Assembly (NCBI GenBank): GCA_030167865.1
Contig: JALAGF010005169.1
Location: 1-51,782 of the forward strand
Length of the DNA: 51,782 nt
Source of the DNA: Craspedostauros australis
Lineage: Eukaryota
Reading direction: 5' to 3'
Shown here: positions 33,310-45,573 of the stretch, one piece after another
Position numbering within the stretch: position 1 is the first letter of the stretch
Layout of the letters: each line of letters begins with the position of its first letter
Position numbers and translations under genes: made by a program
The notes under the pieces: model-generated
The model's input: the letters and a program-made list of their open reading frames with translations, nothing else
Told to the model about the DNA's origin: nothing
Database searches by the model: none

Positions 33310-34553
33310 TACGTGTGTGGGATAGTAGTACGATACGATCAAATCAGGCAAGTATTGCTACAACTACAGGGAAAGCACTCCACAGTGACTCTGTGTCGAT
33401 ACGAGCTAGTTCCTGGCGTCGTGGTCCTCGTCGTTATTGGTACTCCGCTGGGAAGAAGAACAACACTTCAATCACGTTTGTTAACGCCGCTTTGTTTGCA
33501 TCTTGTGTGGGATTCGCCAACATATCTGGAACTCTGGAGAGCGTCAAGAGAGGCTCGCTGATTCGGCGGGCGAGCTGGCCGCTGTGGTGGTCACCAGTCT
33601 TCACCAAGTCCAAGAGGTGCCAACACAGGTGCTGGTGACTTCGCTCTCCCAATCTCCACCCATGAACCATCAACAACATCTTCATCATCAGTATCATCAA
33701 GGTAACGGGGCGAACGAACAAAACAGCATTGGGTTGGTGCAGGTTCGTCGACGTCGCAAGCATCTTCTGTGCCGCTGTCGTCATCACGTCACGCCTTCAC
33801 AGAGGTCGTTTGGCACCCATCTCCGCAGATCATCAAGATGCATCATTCATGCTGTCGTGAACTAATCGTATTGGTACTACGATTATGCTCATACCATACG
33901 AGCGCATACGTACACACATACAGACATACTCTCACGCCTTCTAAGCCGCTGCGTGGGACTGACGGCTTTCCTTCAACATCATCATCAGAAGTGGGTTTGG
34001 AAGAATCGCATTGGTACAAAGAGAGGGGAGATTCGTTTCCCTGCTTGTTCAACGAAGGCGCCTTGAGGAATTATCGTTCATGACACGGACCTGTAAGAGG
34101 CGGGTGTTGGTGTCCGCACATTCGGGATCGGACTTTCCCCTTTGCAGCTCTTCCACCTTCCCAGACACCCACGAGCAGAGTTGAACGAAGCGGTGCGTCG
34201 TGTTGGACGAACTGGAGCCTGTTCGCAACAACCTTCTTGGCTAAGCTCCATCGCCCAAGCCAGGAGAGAGGATGACACAAGCACAAGGCATGTTTGAGAA
34301 CATCCTTGACGATGACGTACCTGCATGCTCGTCGGTCATGTCGGAAGGCACCAAGTGTCGACTGTGACCGCAAGACGCCACAGACTGCATGAATTGAATG
34401 CAGTTTCGCATCACATATCTTTGGCTTTTCGCACATGACATGTATGCAACACGTCTGCAACACGTGTTCAGAGCTCCAACGGCCAGGCCATTCTGTGCCG
34501 AACACATCGTGCTCAAAGATGAAGGGGGCTATGATTATCTTACTTTCTCTTTG

Positions 34554-34576
34554 GAGAGAGAGAGAGAGAGAGAGAG
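34554..34576. repeat. (GA)n microsatellite
   Basis: Seen directly in the sequence. Confidence 0.9.
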
Positions 34577-36813
34577 CGCAGACATGAATACTCGTACTTT
34601 GGCCCAGCGACGGCCAGCGACGCTGCATCAGGAAGGTGACCCACAGTCCCTTCGTCAATGGCCGTGAGGGAAATTGAAAGCGGAAGTGTGACTGTACTCG
34701 GCATTTCTCAAAACTGCGATGCCGCACCGGTTGTCTGCTTGTTGGCGTGTGTCTTGGGTTCACTCACAAATCAAACATCCGATCTCACGTGCATGTCGCT
34801 CCATTCAACTCCATTCAATCCAATCCTTCGTCCCGATCTCATCGCCTTCAGGTGCAGGAGCACAGCCCGAGACAAGAAGTAGGCGACTCAAGACCTGGCC
34901 ACTTCCAAAGGCTCCCGACACTCTTGGCACAATGCGGCGGCGGTACGCGTACGAGTACGAGCTCTTGCAGCTCGTAGAATGCAAAGCCCAGTCGCTGCCC
35001 AAACGTTGCCGCCTACCCCCATGTGCGACAACAGACGCCCCTCTTCGTATCGCAACACACCCATCGAAGGAACCGGCGAAAAGCAGTACCAGCGAGCTGT
35101 TCCCGTGTACTCGCCCAAACGCGAGTAGTGTATTCACTCCAGCGAGAGCACAATGGTTTGCACTCCATTGCTCTCCCTCTCTTTCTCTCCATCCAACCGG
35201 TCAGCAAGCAAGGTTGTGTTTGGATTCTGCGTTTGCATTTTGCAATTGTCCGACAGCAAGCAAAACATGGACGGAAGGGCGGGTGGCTGGATGAGCAGGA
35301 TGAATAGCATGTGTCCTTGTACGCCAGTACTGGTCTACTATGAATCAATCCTTGCCCATGCTCCTGTCGACGCTGCAATGGTTCGCACAATAATGCTCTG
35401 ATGAACTGGGATGAGCCAGGATGAAGAACCAGGACGCAAGGCAAGAGGTGACGCTCGAGATGCGGCTCGGTAAAGATCGAATTCATAGGTCGCAGGATTG
35501 TCGCCTCGACCTGTGGCTGGCGTGTGCAGGATGAGCAGGAAGCAGGAAGCAACGCAAGACACGTTCCGTACCAACCGGCAGCAGAGCGACGATTCCACCA
35601 GTCAACAGCCGAAGAGGTAATTGCATTTCTGCAGGTGGAAGAGCTCAGGAAAGCGAGATGCGAGATGGCCGGTGGACAACATACGTATGCGTATGCATAA
35701 CTCCGATCCCCTGCTCGTTTCAATACGATCACCGCCGTCGAATACGTCCCAACACAGTTCGAAAGCAGGTGGCATGTGTTTGCGCCAATCTGTTTCACAG
35801 TTGAGTTCATCGCCAGCGCAGATACTTTGCCGCAAGTGACGCGGATGGTGACGATAATGATCACGCTGCGCTTCGATGACGTGGGCAAACTTGAACGCAT
35901 GCGCAATCCCCTCTTGTTCGCTGGATCGCATTGTTGCCTCTTCCACTCATTCGCAGATGGTCTCATGTAACGCGATGCTGCTCTGTCATTGGGTTGTGTA
36001 CGACGTCGCCGGTAAGGCATACAGTCCAAGTTGGCTATTCTCTCATCTCAGCGCGACGACCAGTAGCACGAGGGCGATCAACATGAATAGAATCAGGCAA
36101 AGACCTGTTGTCTAGATTAGATCATAGACTATGCCATATCTGGCGTCGTTGATCTTGGGATCATGTTCGCGTCGTCCTGTGCGTGTGCTCGCGCTCCGCC
36201 ATCCTCGTCTGATTGTTGCATCATGCTCTTTGTACATAATAGTACCTTGGGCACCGCACACGCTAGGTACAGCATTGTGCAGCCCGTGTGAGAGACAAGC
36301 AATGACAGAAGATTAATGAGCAACAGCACCCCCGATCCATACCATGAACCCTACACATGGACGTACTCATACGTACGTAACATTGATACACTTCCATTCG
36401 ATTTACTTGTGTCAATTCCTGTTTCGCTCCGAGGATGTGGTTGCAGCATTGTTGATCACACGAACGATCGTACGGGGTTGTGCTCGTCCGTCCCCCAGCC
36501 AAGACGCTCGGATCCCGTTGTTTCCGTCATTGTGTTTATCATCGCAAAGTTTCCGCCACTTGCGATGCGATGGTGGAGACTGTTCGCTTGCGATGCCGCT
36601 GAATCTCTTGCGGCGGAATTGATCGTACGCTAGCGTGGTGAAGCTCGCAAGACAGTGGCATGCAGCGAATTTCATTCGACGCCAAGCACTCGCACCCACA
36701 ATCACACCCACATCGATATCCGCACCAGCGTCATGACGACGATCGGCCTTGCGTTTGTCAGCGTCTCGCTGCAGCCGCTGTCAGCCTCGTGCCCCTATCC
36801 ACTATAGCGCCGC

Positions 36814-38822
36814 TTACGGCACCATCTCCGCCGCGTGCTCTCTGCGTCCCGTGTCCTCCCTCGACACCCTTCGGTCTGGATCGACCGTTTCATCCGCGGT
36901 CGGGTTGTCCACCTCCATTTGCAAACCGCGCGGATTGAGCTGGGAATCCACCTGCCCCGTTTGGATCTGCACGCCGGGCACAGGCTCCACTTCCTTCAGT
37001 ATGTCCAGCAGCTGGCTCTTGGTGCGGTCCAGGTACTCCCGCGAGTTGAGATTCTCCATGTTGCTGACGGGCAGGTGCAGGCGGTAGTCCGGGCCGAAGT
37101 ACTCGAAGTAGTCATTGTACGGAAGCTCATCCTTGACGTTCTCGCCCGTGAGGATGGAGGTCTCGTAGGTCCAGCAACGGGGGACGTTGCGCAGGGTGTA
37201 GCCGCCACCGCCGAGGACGAGCATGGGGATACCAAAGCTGCGCACGAACTCCACGCAGTCGGCATGTCCCTTGATGGAGAGGTTGAAGCATCCCAGACGG
37301 TCGCCGGACAAGCTGTCGGCGCCACACTGCAGCACGACCGCACCGGGGGCGAACATCTCCATGACCTTGCCGATGACAGGACGGAAGATGCTCTTGTAGG
37401 ACTTGTCGTCCATGCCGTCGTTGAGTGGGAAGTTGATGGCGTAGTTCTTACCATCGGCGTGGCCGATGTCGTGCACGTCGCCGGTGCCCGGGAAGTACTC
37501 TCCGAATTTGTGGAAGGAGGCGGTCATGACTCGGTTGGTGCTGTAGAAGGCCTCCTCCACGCCGTCTCCGTGGTGGATGTCAATATCGATGTAGAGAACG
37601 CGCTCGTGCTTCTTCAAGAGCTCCAGAATGGCAAGGACGCAGTCGTTGACGTAGCAGAACCCGGATGCCTCCGCCTTCTTTGCGTGATGCAGCCCGCCGG
37701 CCCAGTTGATGACGACGTCGACCTTGTTCTCGTTCAACCGCGCCGCGCCGCCGATGGAACCCGATGTGTAGAGCTGGCAGAATTCGAAGAGGCCGTCGAA
37801 CACCGGGCAATCCTCCCCGACGTTGAACCGCTGCAGCTGGCGGACGTAGTCCTGCATGTTGTCGGGTGTGATGACCTTGAGGAAGTTGATGTAGTCGTCG
37901 CTGTGAAACCGCGTCATGGCTGTTGGTGAAACGAGACGCGGGCGGAAGACCTCCATCTGCCGGTACAGACCGTAATTGACCACCAGGTTGTGCGTCATGC
38001 GTACGCGATGCGGCTTCATCGGGTGTCCTGTTGGTGCCATTCATTTGATTTGTGCAGGCGCATTGGGTTGATTTTGCGTTGTCACCACAATCGTTGCCGT
38101 TGTTGTTGTTGTTGATGTTGTCGTTGTCGCCATCAGCATCATCATTGGGGTTTCGAGTTTTGTGCATCGAGGATTGGATGAACAGTTGAGTTCAGTTGAG
38201 TTTATTGATGTATGGAGAGAGGCCGGTGATATGATGAGTGAACGAACAAACAAGAAAACAAACAGATAAATCGATCGATCGATGGGTGGATGTGCACAAA
38301 GACCGGTAGTGCGAGTTGTGATCGATTTGCGCGGCGCCATGTTCGCGATGGAGTGGAGCTGAGCGGAAGCCGGAGCACCCAACAGTATGTATTCTTCGAT
38401 TCAGCTCATCTATGTGCAATGGTGCGCATCAACAAGCAGATATGCGCCTTTGCAGAGGTGATCATTGAGCAATAATGCCGGTAGTTCCGACATGAAAGCA
38501 GATGGGTGCGTCCCATGCCAAGCCTCGAAGTGGTGACGAAGACACGACGCAGCAGACCAGACGTGCGCCGAATCAGCGTCTGCTGCTGCGCTTCCAGCTC
38601 CAACCGCCTCACTTCGTGCCAGCAAAGATGGATTCGCAACGCTGCACCAAGCGCATCCGCGGACCACGCCGCAGCTTGCAGCAGCATGGCAAGGCATGCC
38701 GCAGCCTTGGCGCCGCCAACCCAACGCCAATTCGCCGCCTCCGTCGCATCCGTACCTTGTCCATAGTGATAGTTGCCGACCTCGGCATCGTAAAAGTATG
38801 AGACCTTGCGATAATTGCTCAT
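36814..38822 (-). CDS. HDAC1: Class I histone deacetylase (RPD3/HDAC1/2-type), 426 aa; exons 38822-38756 and 38027-36814
   Basis: Exon 1 [22 protein letters not shown] joins through a phase-1 GTACGG..CAG intron (38755-38028) to GHPMKPHR. Catalytic motifs [29 protein letters not shown] and GGGGY are intact. Confidence 0.97.
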
Positions 38823-41090
38823 GACGAATGCTTGATTGTGCTGCTATTCTCTCACGTCCGACTCGATGCCTTCCTTGCCTTCGTCCTGCTGCGATGATTG
38901 TCTTGCGTTGCGCCGATGCCTGATGCCAATGGTCTCGCCGTTTCGTTTGCGTGCTTCGCTTGTTGGTTTGTTGCACCTTCCACGAGCTGTCGGTGTGGTG
39001 CCGTGTTGTGTTGTGTCGTGTTGGGATCATCCGCGCTGGATTTTTGGATTGCATCACGATTCGCATCATTGCGTTGTGTTGCCACCCGCGCCACATCGCG
39101 ACAAAAAGTCGAACAACGATGACACGCAAACGACAGACGGACGGAAGGTCTCAAATGTCATTCAGTCGTGTACAAATCGAAACATGAGTTCAATTGAATG
39201 ACGTCAAACACGAAAGGTTTACTCCCTTATTGCTAACGGGAATGGATGAATCTATCGAAACACGCCGTGACATCGAGATCGTCGAAAAGCAGGGACGATG
39301 ACGACTGGCTCTGCTGTCCGAGCCACACCCTTCCACGCATCATGTGGGCCTCTCGTACCTCCTACTATACAGCATCCTTTTGGCATGGTGTGTCTATCAC
39401 AGCTCGCATGAACATTGACAAAGTTGCAGATCGCCACGACGGAGAACCATAGTTCGTGCTGGTGCTTCACCGCGAAGGACAATCTCATCCATCCACCCGT
39501 CACCAAGATTCTTCGTCTGCCTTGGTGGTAACCAGCAACAATACAGTTTTATCTGCGAGACTGCACACCGCTGCAGTCCTGTCTCTCCGCGCGTGCTCCT
39601 CGTGGAGCGCCAACAAGCTGTAAAGCCGATCTACCGCATCCATCCATCCCGCCTCGCGCCGTTTCCAACGAACTGAGAGGAACGAGGCAATTAGTATCAC
39701 CCTTAACCGCATGTTTGAAGGTGAAATGCGCTCGCATCGACCATCGTTGATAGCGCACACGTATTGGCATGGTTCCCTATTCGGAACAAGAGGGGCAGTG
39801 CGATGGCCTTGACGATGCATCGATCGACAACCTTGTGGTATCCTTCACGATCGATCTGGAGTCTTTCTACCCCGCGAGCACCGGCTATTTGCAACTGCAT
39901 CCGGCCAAGGCAGGGAAACCGTGACCAAGACCATGATCAACATCGACATCGACATCAACATCAACATCATGACGGTCGTCACTCCTGAACGCGGTGGGCA
40001 ACTTCAAGTTCACACGTTCTCCTAGCGCACACAATCCAACATTCGCGTACTCGTTATTGGTAGCATGGCTCATGCACGTCATGATGCATGTCATGATGCA
40101 CCATAATGTAATAGCTCTTTGTGCTCAAGAGTTACTCCGCAGCACGAGTACAAGAAAGCGAGGGCGGAGGTGGCGTGCTTACCTTCGTGTGACACATGAG
40201 AGTACTCGATGTACGCTACTCTACGTGTACAAGTTTACTCCATGTACTCCGCTACGACACACAGAGAAGGGTATCGAACTCCAATCAAGTCCACCTTTGT
40301 CCCGCACCCGATGAAGTGCCCGCGCCAATTCCACTGCCTTACGTCATTTCAATGGTTACCATCTCCCAGACATGCAGCGCGCATTCCTCGTCCCGTGACT
40401 GGCTGAACATCATTCGGCGCGAAGGCAACCCGGCGATGGTCAGCACAAGAGTATCCATCAGCGCCAGGCGCGAAGCGTGTGATTAGGGTTCCTTTCGGAC
40501 CATGCATTCCCACACTTCAACAGAGAGTCGCTGCTCTCCAAGTGTCAGCAGAATGGGCACATGCGGATAGAATGGACACGATCGATCCCACACAGGAGAA
40601 CTCGATTTGCCCAACAGCAATGCTGAGGTGGCGTCACGATGTCAATCGGCGTTCCTTTTTCTCGCCGCTTTGTTCCGTTATCCATCATCCGGAAGCGTGC
40701 AACAGGTCGCGTCGCGTCTCATCACACCACATCGCCGAGTGCATCGCGACAGTTCCTTGCATTGCAATCCATAGGTCGTACAGCAGCACGACGAATTGAT
40801 CTCCCATTACTTTGCAAGAACGTTGACAGTGCAACCATACCGTACCGTAACATCACTGCGCATGCTGTTGCCACACCCAAATCTCTTCTCACAACATCAA
40901 CAATCGATCCATCTCAGACGGCACAACACAGTACTCAGCACTCAACTTTGCACGCAACCAGCAGTCCTCAAAGAACCTCCCACTCTGCCAAGCTTCACTC
41001 GCGTCAAGTAGAGCAGATACAGACATATTCGTACAGATACACATTCATCCAGCACCATCCGTCCTTTGCGTTCAAAGACATCGATCAAAC

Positions 41091-41573
41091 ATGCCACGAA
41101 GATCCTCCAGCCCGTCCGCATCATCGATGGCGTCATGGCCGTCGGGCCACGCCAACATGCGCAGACCTTCATCGATGTCGGCATCCTCAATGTCCTCGTC
41201 GTCCTCCGTCACTTCAGGCTCTGCCTCCTTGCCACTCGGTTTGGAGGGACGCAAGAGCAGCCAAATCGGCGTCGGCATCCTGATTCCGCAAATGCAGCCA
41301 CAGCAGTCTCAAGCCGGATCCACCCAGACGAGCAAGCACATGGATCACGCTCGAAGCCGCATCTGCAAGGAGTATCATGCGCTGCGACGCAGCTCGCTGC
41401 CATGCTATCCTACCTTCGTCAGATCACCGCTGCGGCGACATGCAAAGCTGAATACGCCGTATCTGACGTTGCTGCAGCAGATCGAGCTTGAGGAAGACGT
41501 GATGGATGCGCAACTTGTGAACGAGCAGGCCGTGGAGCTTGCAAATACAGATCTCGACAGTCCATTTCAATAG
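41091..41573 (+). CDS. Putative small orphan protein, 160 aa, with Ser-rich N-terminus and acidic helical C-terminus
   Basis: AAACATG start follows a CA-rich leader like those of the other genes here. No recognisable domain. Confidence 0.4.
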   Translation: MPRRSSSPSASSMASWPSGHANMRRPSSMSASSMSSSSSVTSGSASLPLGLEGRKSSQIGVGILIPQMQPQQSQAGSTQTSKHMDHARSRICKEYHALRRSSLPCYPTFVRSPLRRHAKLNTPYLTLLQQIELEEDVMDAQLVNEQAVELANTDLDSPFQ

Positions 41574-42021
41574 AACGGCTGCGAGATGCTTGCAGCAAGC
41601 AGCATTGCGCATCGACAAGGCGCTTCAGAAATGTGGCGACACACTTAAGTACACTAGGGTACACCAGTGGAGTAACACTACGTAATTTCAACACAATTCC
41701 AAAGAAAGACCCGCATCAGAGATATCCGTGTAGTGCGCACCGTGCCGGAACGTAAACAATATCTCTCGTGCCATTCGCATGGAGCATGCAGCGGAACCGT
41801 TTACAGTGCGTACATCACGGAGGGTGGGTTGAGTTCCCACAGGAATTCCAGTGCATTCGGCCAAGCCGTCGCTGCCCGTGTCTTTCGACCGGCATCGCTG
41901 CAGTTGTTGCGATAGACATTGCGTGTTGGTACAATTTGCGCTGTTTATTTTTTGCTGAGTAGTGCTAGTAACCCTCCTCTCTGCTCCCATTCCACATCCT
42001 CATCGTGCGAACCGAAGATGC

Positions 42022-43836
42022 TCATTGCTTCAGGTCTTCCACTGGCTGTCCGTCGCCTTCGGCCGCGGCGCGACGGGCTGCTCGTCTTGCGAGCTTACGT
42101 GCTCGCTTGAGTTCTGCCGGTGTCATGTCAGCTTCATCCTTCGTTTCCAAAACATCATCCTCACGAGTATCCTTCGGCTTGGCACCGTCGTCGCCGCCAC
42201 CAGCAGCGGCAGTTGCGTTGCTGTTGCCAGCACCATCGCCGGACCAGTTGTTGGCGGCTGCGGAGACCTTGCGTCTCTTCTGCGCACTCGATATCTTCTT
42301 TTCGCGCCTCTCGCGACGCACGTTGCGCGCATCGATCGATGCCTTCTCGTCGGCAATGCGCGCCTCGGTTTGCAAGCTGACGGTGATGCGTTTCTGCCGG
42401 CGGTTGATCTCCACGACGCGCGCTTGCACGACGTCATCCTTTTGGAACAGCGCTTCTGGATTCTTGACGTAATCGTCGCTGAGGCGCGAGACGTGGCAGA
42501 ACGCATCGGAATGGCAGCCAATGTCGAAGAAGACGCCGAAGGCCTTGGCGTAGACCACCTTGGCCTCGTAGGATTGCCCGATGGTGAAATCTGTGACTGG
42601 TTTGCGCCCGATGCAGTAGCGATTGTCTTCTTCGCCGTTGTCTGATTTGCGTCTGTTGCGTTTGGTTGTCTTTTCGTCATTATCGTCGGTTGCAGATGAT
42701 GGCTTGTCTTCGGTCGCCTTGGCGTTGTCGGAGGACCTGTCATCATCTTCCTCTTCCTTGGCTTGTTGCGAGTCATTGACCTCTTGGATGTGCTTCGAGG
42801 TATCCTTGCGACCCCGACGCCTACGACCTCGCTGTTTCTTCATTGTCTCAAGATCATCATCATCGTCGTCGTCGTCGTCGTCATCGTCATCATCATCTTC
42901 GCTGGAATCGTCGTCGTTTTCGTTGGGGCTGGCGTCGGCTTTGCCGGCTGGTGCTGTTGCGGTTGAGGTTTCGGCGGCTGTGTCTTCCTTCTGGTCGTTG
43001 TCTTCACCTTCATCCTCCTTATCATCCCTCGCAACAGAGTTTACCCTCGTCTCAGCCTTGGTCTCACTCTCAGCTTCAGACTCAGGCGTATCAGCAAAGC
43101 CTGTTGTCTCATCATCAGACTCTTCCTCTTCGTCCTCTGCTGCATTATTAGTTTCAATCTCCTTGTCATTCCCAACTGCTTGAGATGCTGGGCGCGCAGG
43201 CGTATTCGACTTGACGTCATTCCGTGTCTCATCCTTCTCGTCAGCAACGCTTGTATCGGCTTTGGAGTTGTTTGTTGAGACCTTCGCGGTATGAGTCGTG
43301 ACGCCCTTCTTCTGACCAACACTACTTTTGTCACGAATCTGATTCGGTTGCACACCATCATTCTGCTTCTGAACGAGGATCTTCTTGTTTTCAAATTCCA
43401 CTAGAATGGACATCAACTTCGCGCGGTTGACCTCGTCAGTAGGATCCAACGCTTCCAACTTGCGTTTCAAATGCTTGGGCTTCTTGACCTTGTTCTGTTG
43501 CTTCTTCTTCTTGACGGTCTTGGATTTGTTGCTGTTGTTGTTGTGGTTGCTGCTGCCGCTGCCATTCGTGCGCTTCTGGAATGGCTTCTTGAAAGGTACC
43601 TTGGATGCTCCATTGCGAACATCCGCTTTCCTTGGAAACTTTTGGAACTGCTTCTTTTGCCCATGATGAGCGCCGCTCTTGGCCTGTGCACCGTGTGGCT
43701 TGCCCTTCGGATGGTTGCTCTTGGGCGTCACTTGCGATGCTGACGCCTTTTGCGGAGACTGCTGCGCACCATCCTTCGCGAGCTTCTCCAAACGCTTGAG
43801 CCGACGCCGCTCCTTGGCTCCAAGACCACCTGCCAT
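42022..43836 (-). CDS. S1 RNA-binding domain protein with Lys-rich and acidic tracts, 604 aa (probably nucleolar)
   Basis: S1/OB motif IGQSYEAKVVYAKAFGVFFDIGCHSDAFCHVSRLSDDYV..DDVVQARVVEINRRQKRITVSL. K/R-rich N-terminus and a poly-D tract. Confidence 0.88.
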   Translation of the reverse strand: MAGGLGAKERRRLKRLEKLAKDGAQQSPQKASASQVTPKSNHPKGKPHGAQAKSGAHHGQKKQFQKFPRKADVRNGASKVPFKKPFQKRTNGSGSSNHNNNSNKSKTVKKKKQQNKVKKPKHLKRKLEALDPTDEVNRAKLMSILVEFENKKILVQKQNDGVQPNQIRDKSSVGQKKGVTTHTAKVSTNNSKADTSVADEKDETRNDVKSNTPARPASQAVGNDKEIETNNAAEDEEEESDDETTGFADTPESEAESETKAETRVNSVARDDKEDEGEDNDQKEDTAAETSTATAPAGKADASPNENDDDSSEDDDDDDDDDDDDDDDLETMKKQRGRRRRGRKDTSKHIQEVNDSQQAKEEEDDDRSSDNAKATEDKPSSATDDNDEKTTKRNRRKSDNGEEDNRYCIGRKPVTDFTIGQSYEAKVVYAKAFGVFFDIGCHSDAFCHVSRLSDDYVKNPEALFQKDDVVQARVVEINRRQKRITVSLQTEARIADEKASIDARNVRRERREKKISSAQKRRKVSAAANNWSGDGAGNSNATAAAGGGDDGAKPKDTREDDVLETKDEADMTPAELKRARKLARRAARRAAAEGDGQPVEDLKQ

Positions 43837-44454
43837 GCTGCAATACCGATACCCAACGAGTACTCGAGAAGACGATTGTTTTGTTGACGGTACGAGTAGA
43901 GTGGGAGATCGAAGGCTCTAGTCGTACACACCCTCCGCAAATACTGTTACTCTGGCAGTCGACTTCCTGACGATGTTGGTATGGTGCGAGGACGATGCAA
44001 TCGTACTCATGGTGGCACGTGCGAAGCTTCGTTTGTTGTTGTTGGCGCTGAGGAGGCACTGGCGGTGATGCGACAGAAGAAGACGGAGACGAGGACGAAC
44101 GCGAGAACGACTCTCAAAGTCGACAGGTTGGTTGGTTGGTTGCGAAGCGATCGATGCGGAAGATACCCAGAAGATGGACCCGTTCGACTATTGAGACGAT
44201 CAACTCGATAAAACAACCGAGACAGTCTAGCGGTTGATGGCAAGACAGTTTGGAGGCACAAGGTCACGCTGTTGGAACCAGATCTTTTCTCAGACACCAG
44301 ATCAACAAAAAACAAGAACAGAAACAACAAGAGAGGCATCCGTATCCAAGTCGCCATAATCCGTCCAGGAAGGTCCATCGACAAACAGCATACGACCTAC
44401 TATCTACGACTACCCCACACCACTCGAACAACCACTTTCGCTTCGATAAGAGCG

Positions 44455-45573
44455 ATGAGCTGGTTCGGAGATGTTTCCGACGAGCTCGACGAGATCATTA
44501 CCATGATCAGAACGGTGGAGGAAAAAACAAGAAACAGACTGCAGAGGTGAAGGATTGCATCCAAAAAGAGATAGATGTGCTCAAGGAAACTCGATGTGAC
44601 AACGAAGAACGGTGGAAACATGAGGAGCGGCAGAACAGACAACTGCAGCAGCAGGATAATGCACAACTGTGACGACAGCTCCAACAGCATAACGAAGAAA
44701 TGAAGGGTATGCTCTCGATAATTCAACGGGAGAACGAAGAACGGCATCAGCAGTGGAAACGTGAGAAGCAGGAGAACGAGCAACTGCAGCAGCAGTTGAA
44801 ACAGCAGAAGGAAGAAATGCAGCGCATGCTCTCGGAAAGTCAACAGGAGAATGATCAACTGCAGAAGCCTTTGAAAGAGAACGATCCAGTGAAACAGAAA
44901 ATGAAACAACATCTCGAAGCACACTCGAAAGAACGCAAACACCGCACACCAGCCAAGACCAGCATCGATCAAGATCGCCGCACCGCTGTTCGTACCGAGG
45001 CCATGGCGGACATGATCTTCTTGTGTGGAAAAAGGCGACGAACAAAACCCGATCAAGGCAAACAGCGCAGTCCTCATGATCACCGTTCCATCCATTCAGG
45101 CAGTGATCGACTCTGGAATCCAACACCAGCACGATGACGCGAGTGCTAAGGACGGCGTGCGCTCCATCCAAACAACCGTCTCTCTTCCACACTTTCAACC
45201 CAAACATGTCCAATTCGTCCTCCAATGCATCTACACAGGTGAGATATCCTTCAATGACAGCGCTCGTGACGACACTGATAACGACAACGCCAATGCTGGT
45301 GACACAAACCAGCCAACCCACATGCTCAATGGACAAGATGATCTGCAACAGCTGATCCTTGTGGCCGACGAGTTCGGCTTCTGGCGACTCAAGCTTATTC
45401 TTGAAGCGGAGTTTGCCAGCAAATATCTCACCAAGGATACCATGATAGATGTGTTGTGTGGAGTGCATGGATCCAACTCGCAGCACCGTTGCCTGAGCGT
45501 CTGTACGTATAATAATATACTAGTATCCAAGTTCAAAACCACCTACTCTGGGCACGGACAAAGACATTCATGA
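44455..45573 (+). pseudogene. Disrupted coiled-coil + BTB/POZ domain gene
   Basis: BTB pieces ADMIFLCG / PIKANSAVL..FQPKHVQFVLQCIYTGEI..LILVADEFGFWRLKLILE are split over frames. Frameshifts at A-runs 44522-44527 and 45029-45033, and an in-frame TGA at 44670-44672. Confidence 0.7.

Noticed and set aside
35013..36029. 338-aa minus-strand ORF in the gene-free interval
   Set aside because: Composition is C/S/R-rich and non-protein-like, and it lacks the codon bias of the real genes here.
38401..38470. SECIS-like pattern ATGA-N11-AA-N18-GA on the minus strand
   Set aside because: Helix 2 does not base-pair in the required register, the site is intronic, and there is no in-frame UGA gene for it to serve.
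44670..44672. In-frame TGA read as selenocysteine or readthrough
   Set aside because: It falls in a Q/E coiled coil with no redox motif, and the gene also has frameshifts, so decay is the simpler explanation.
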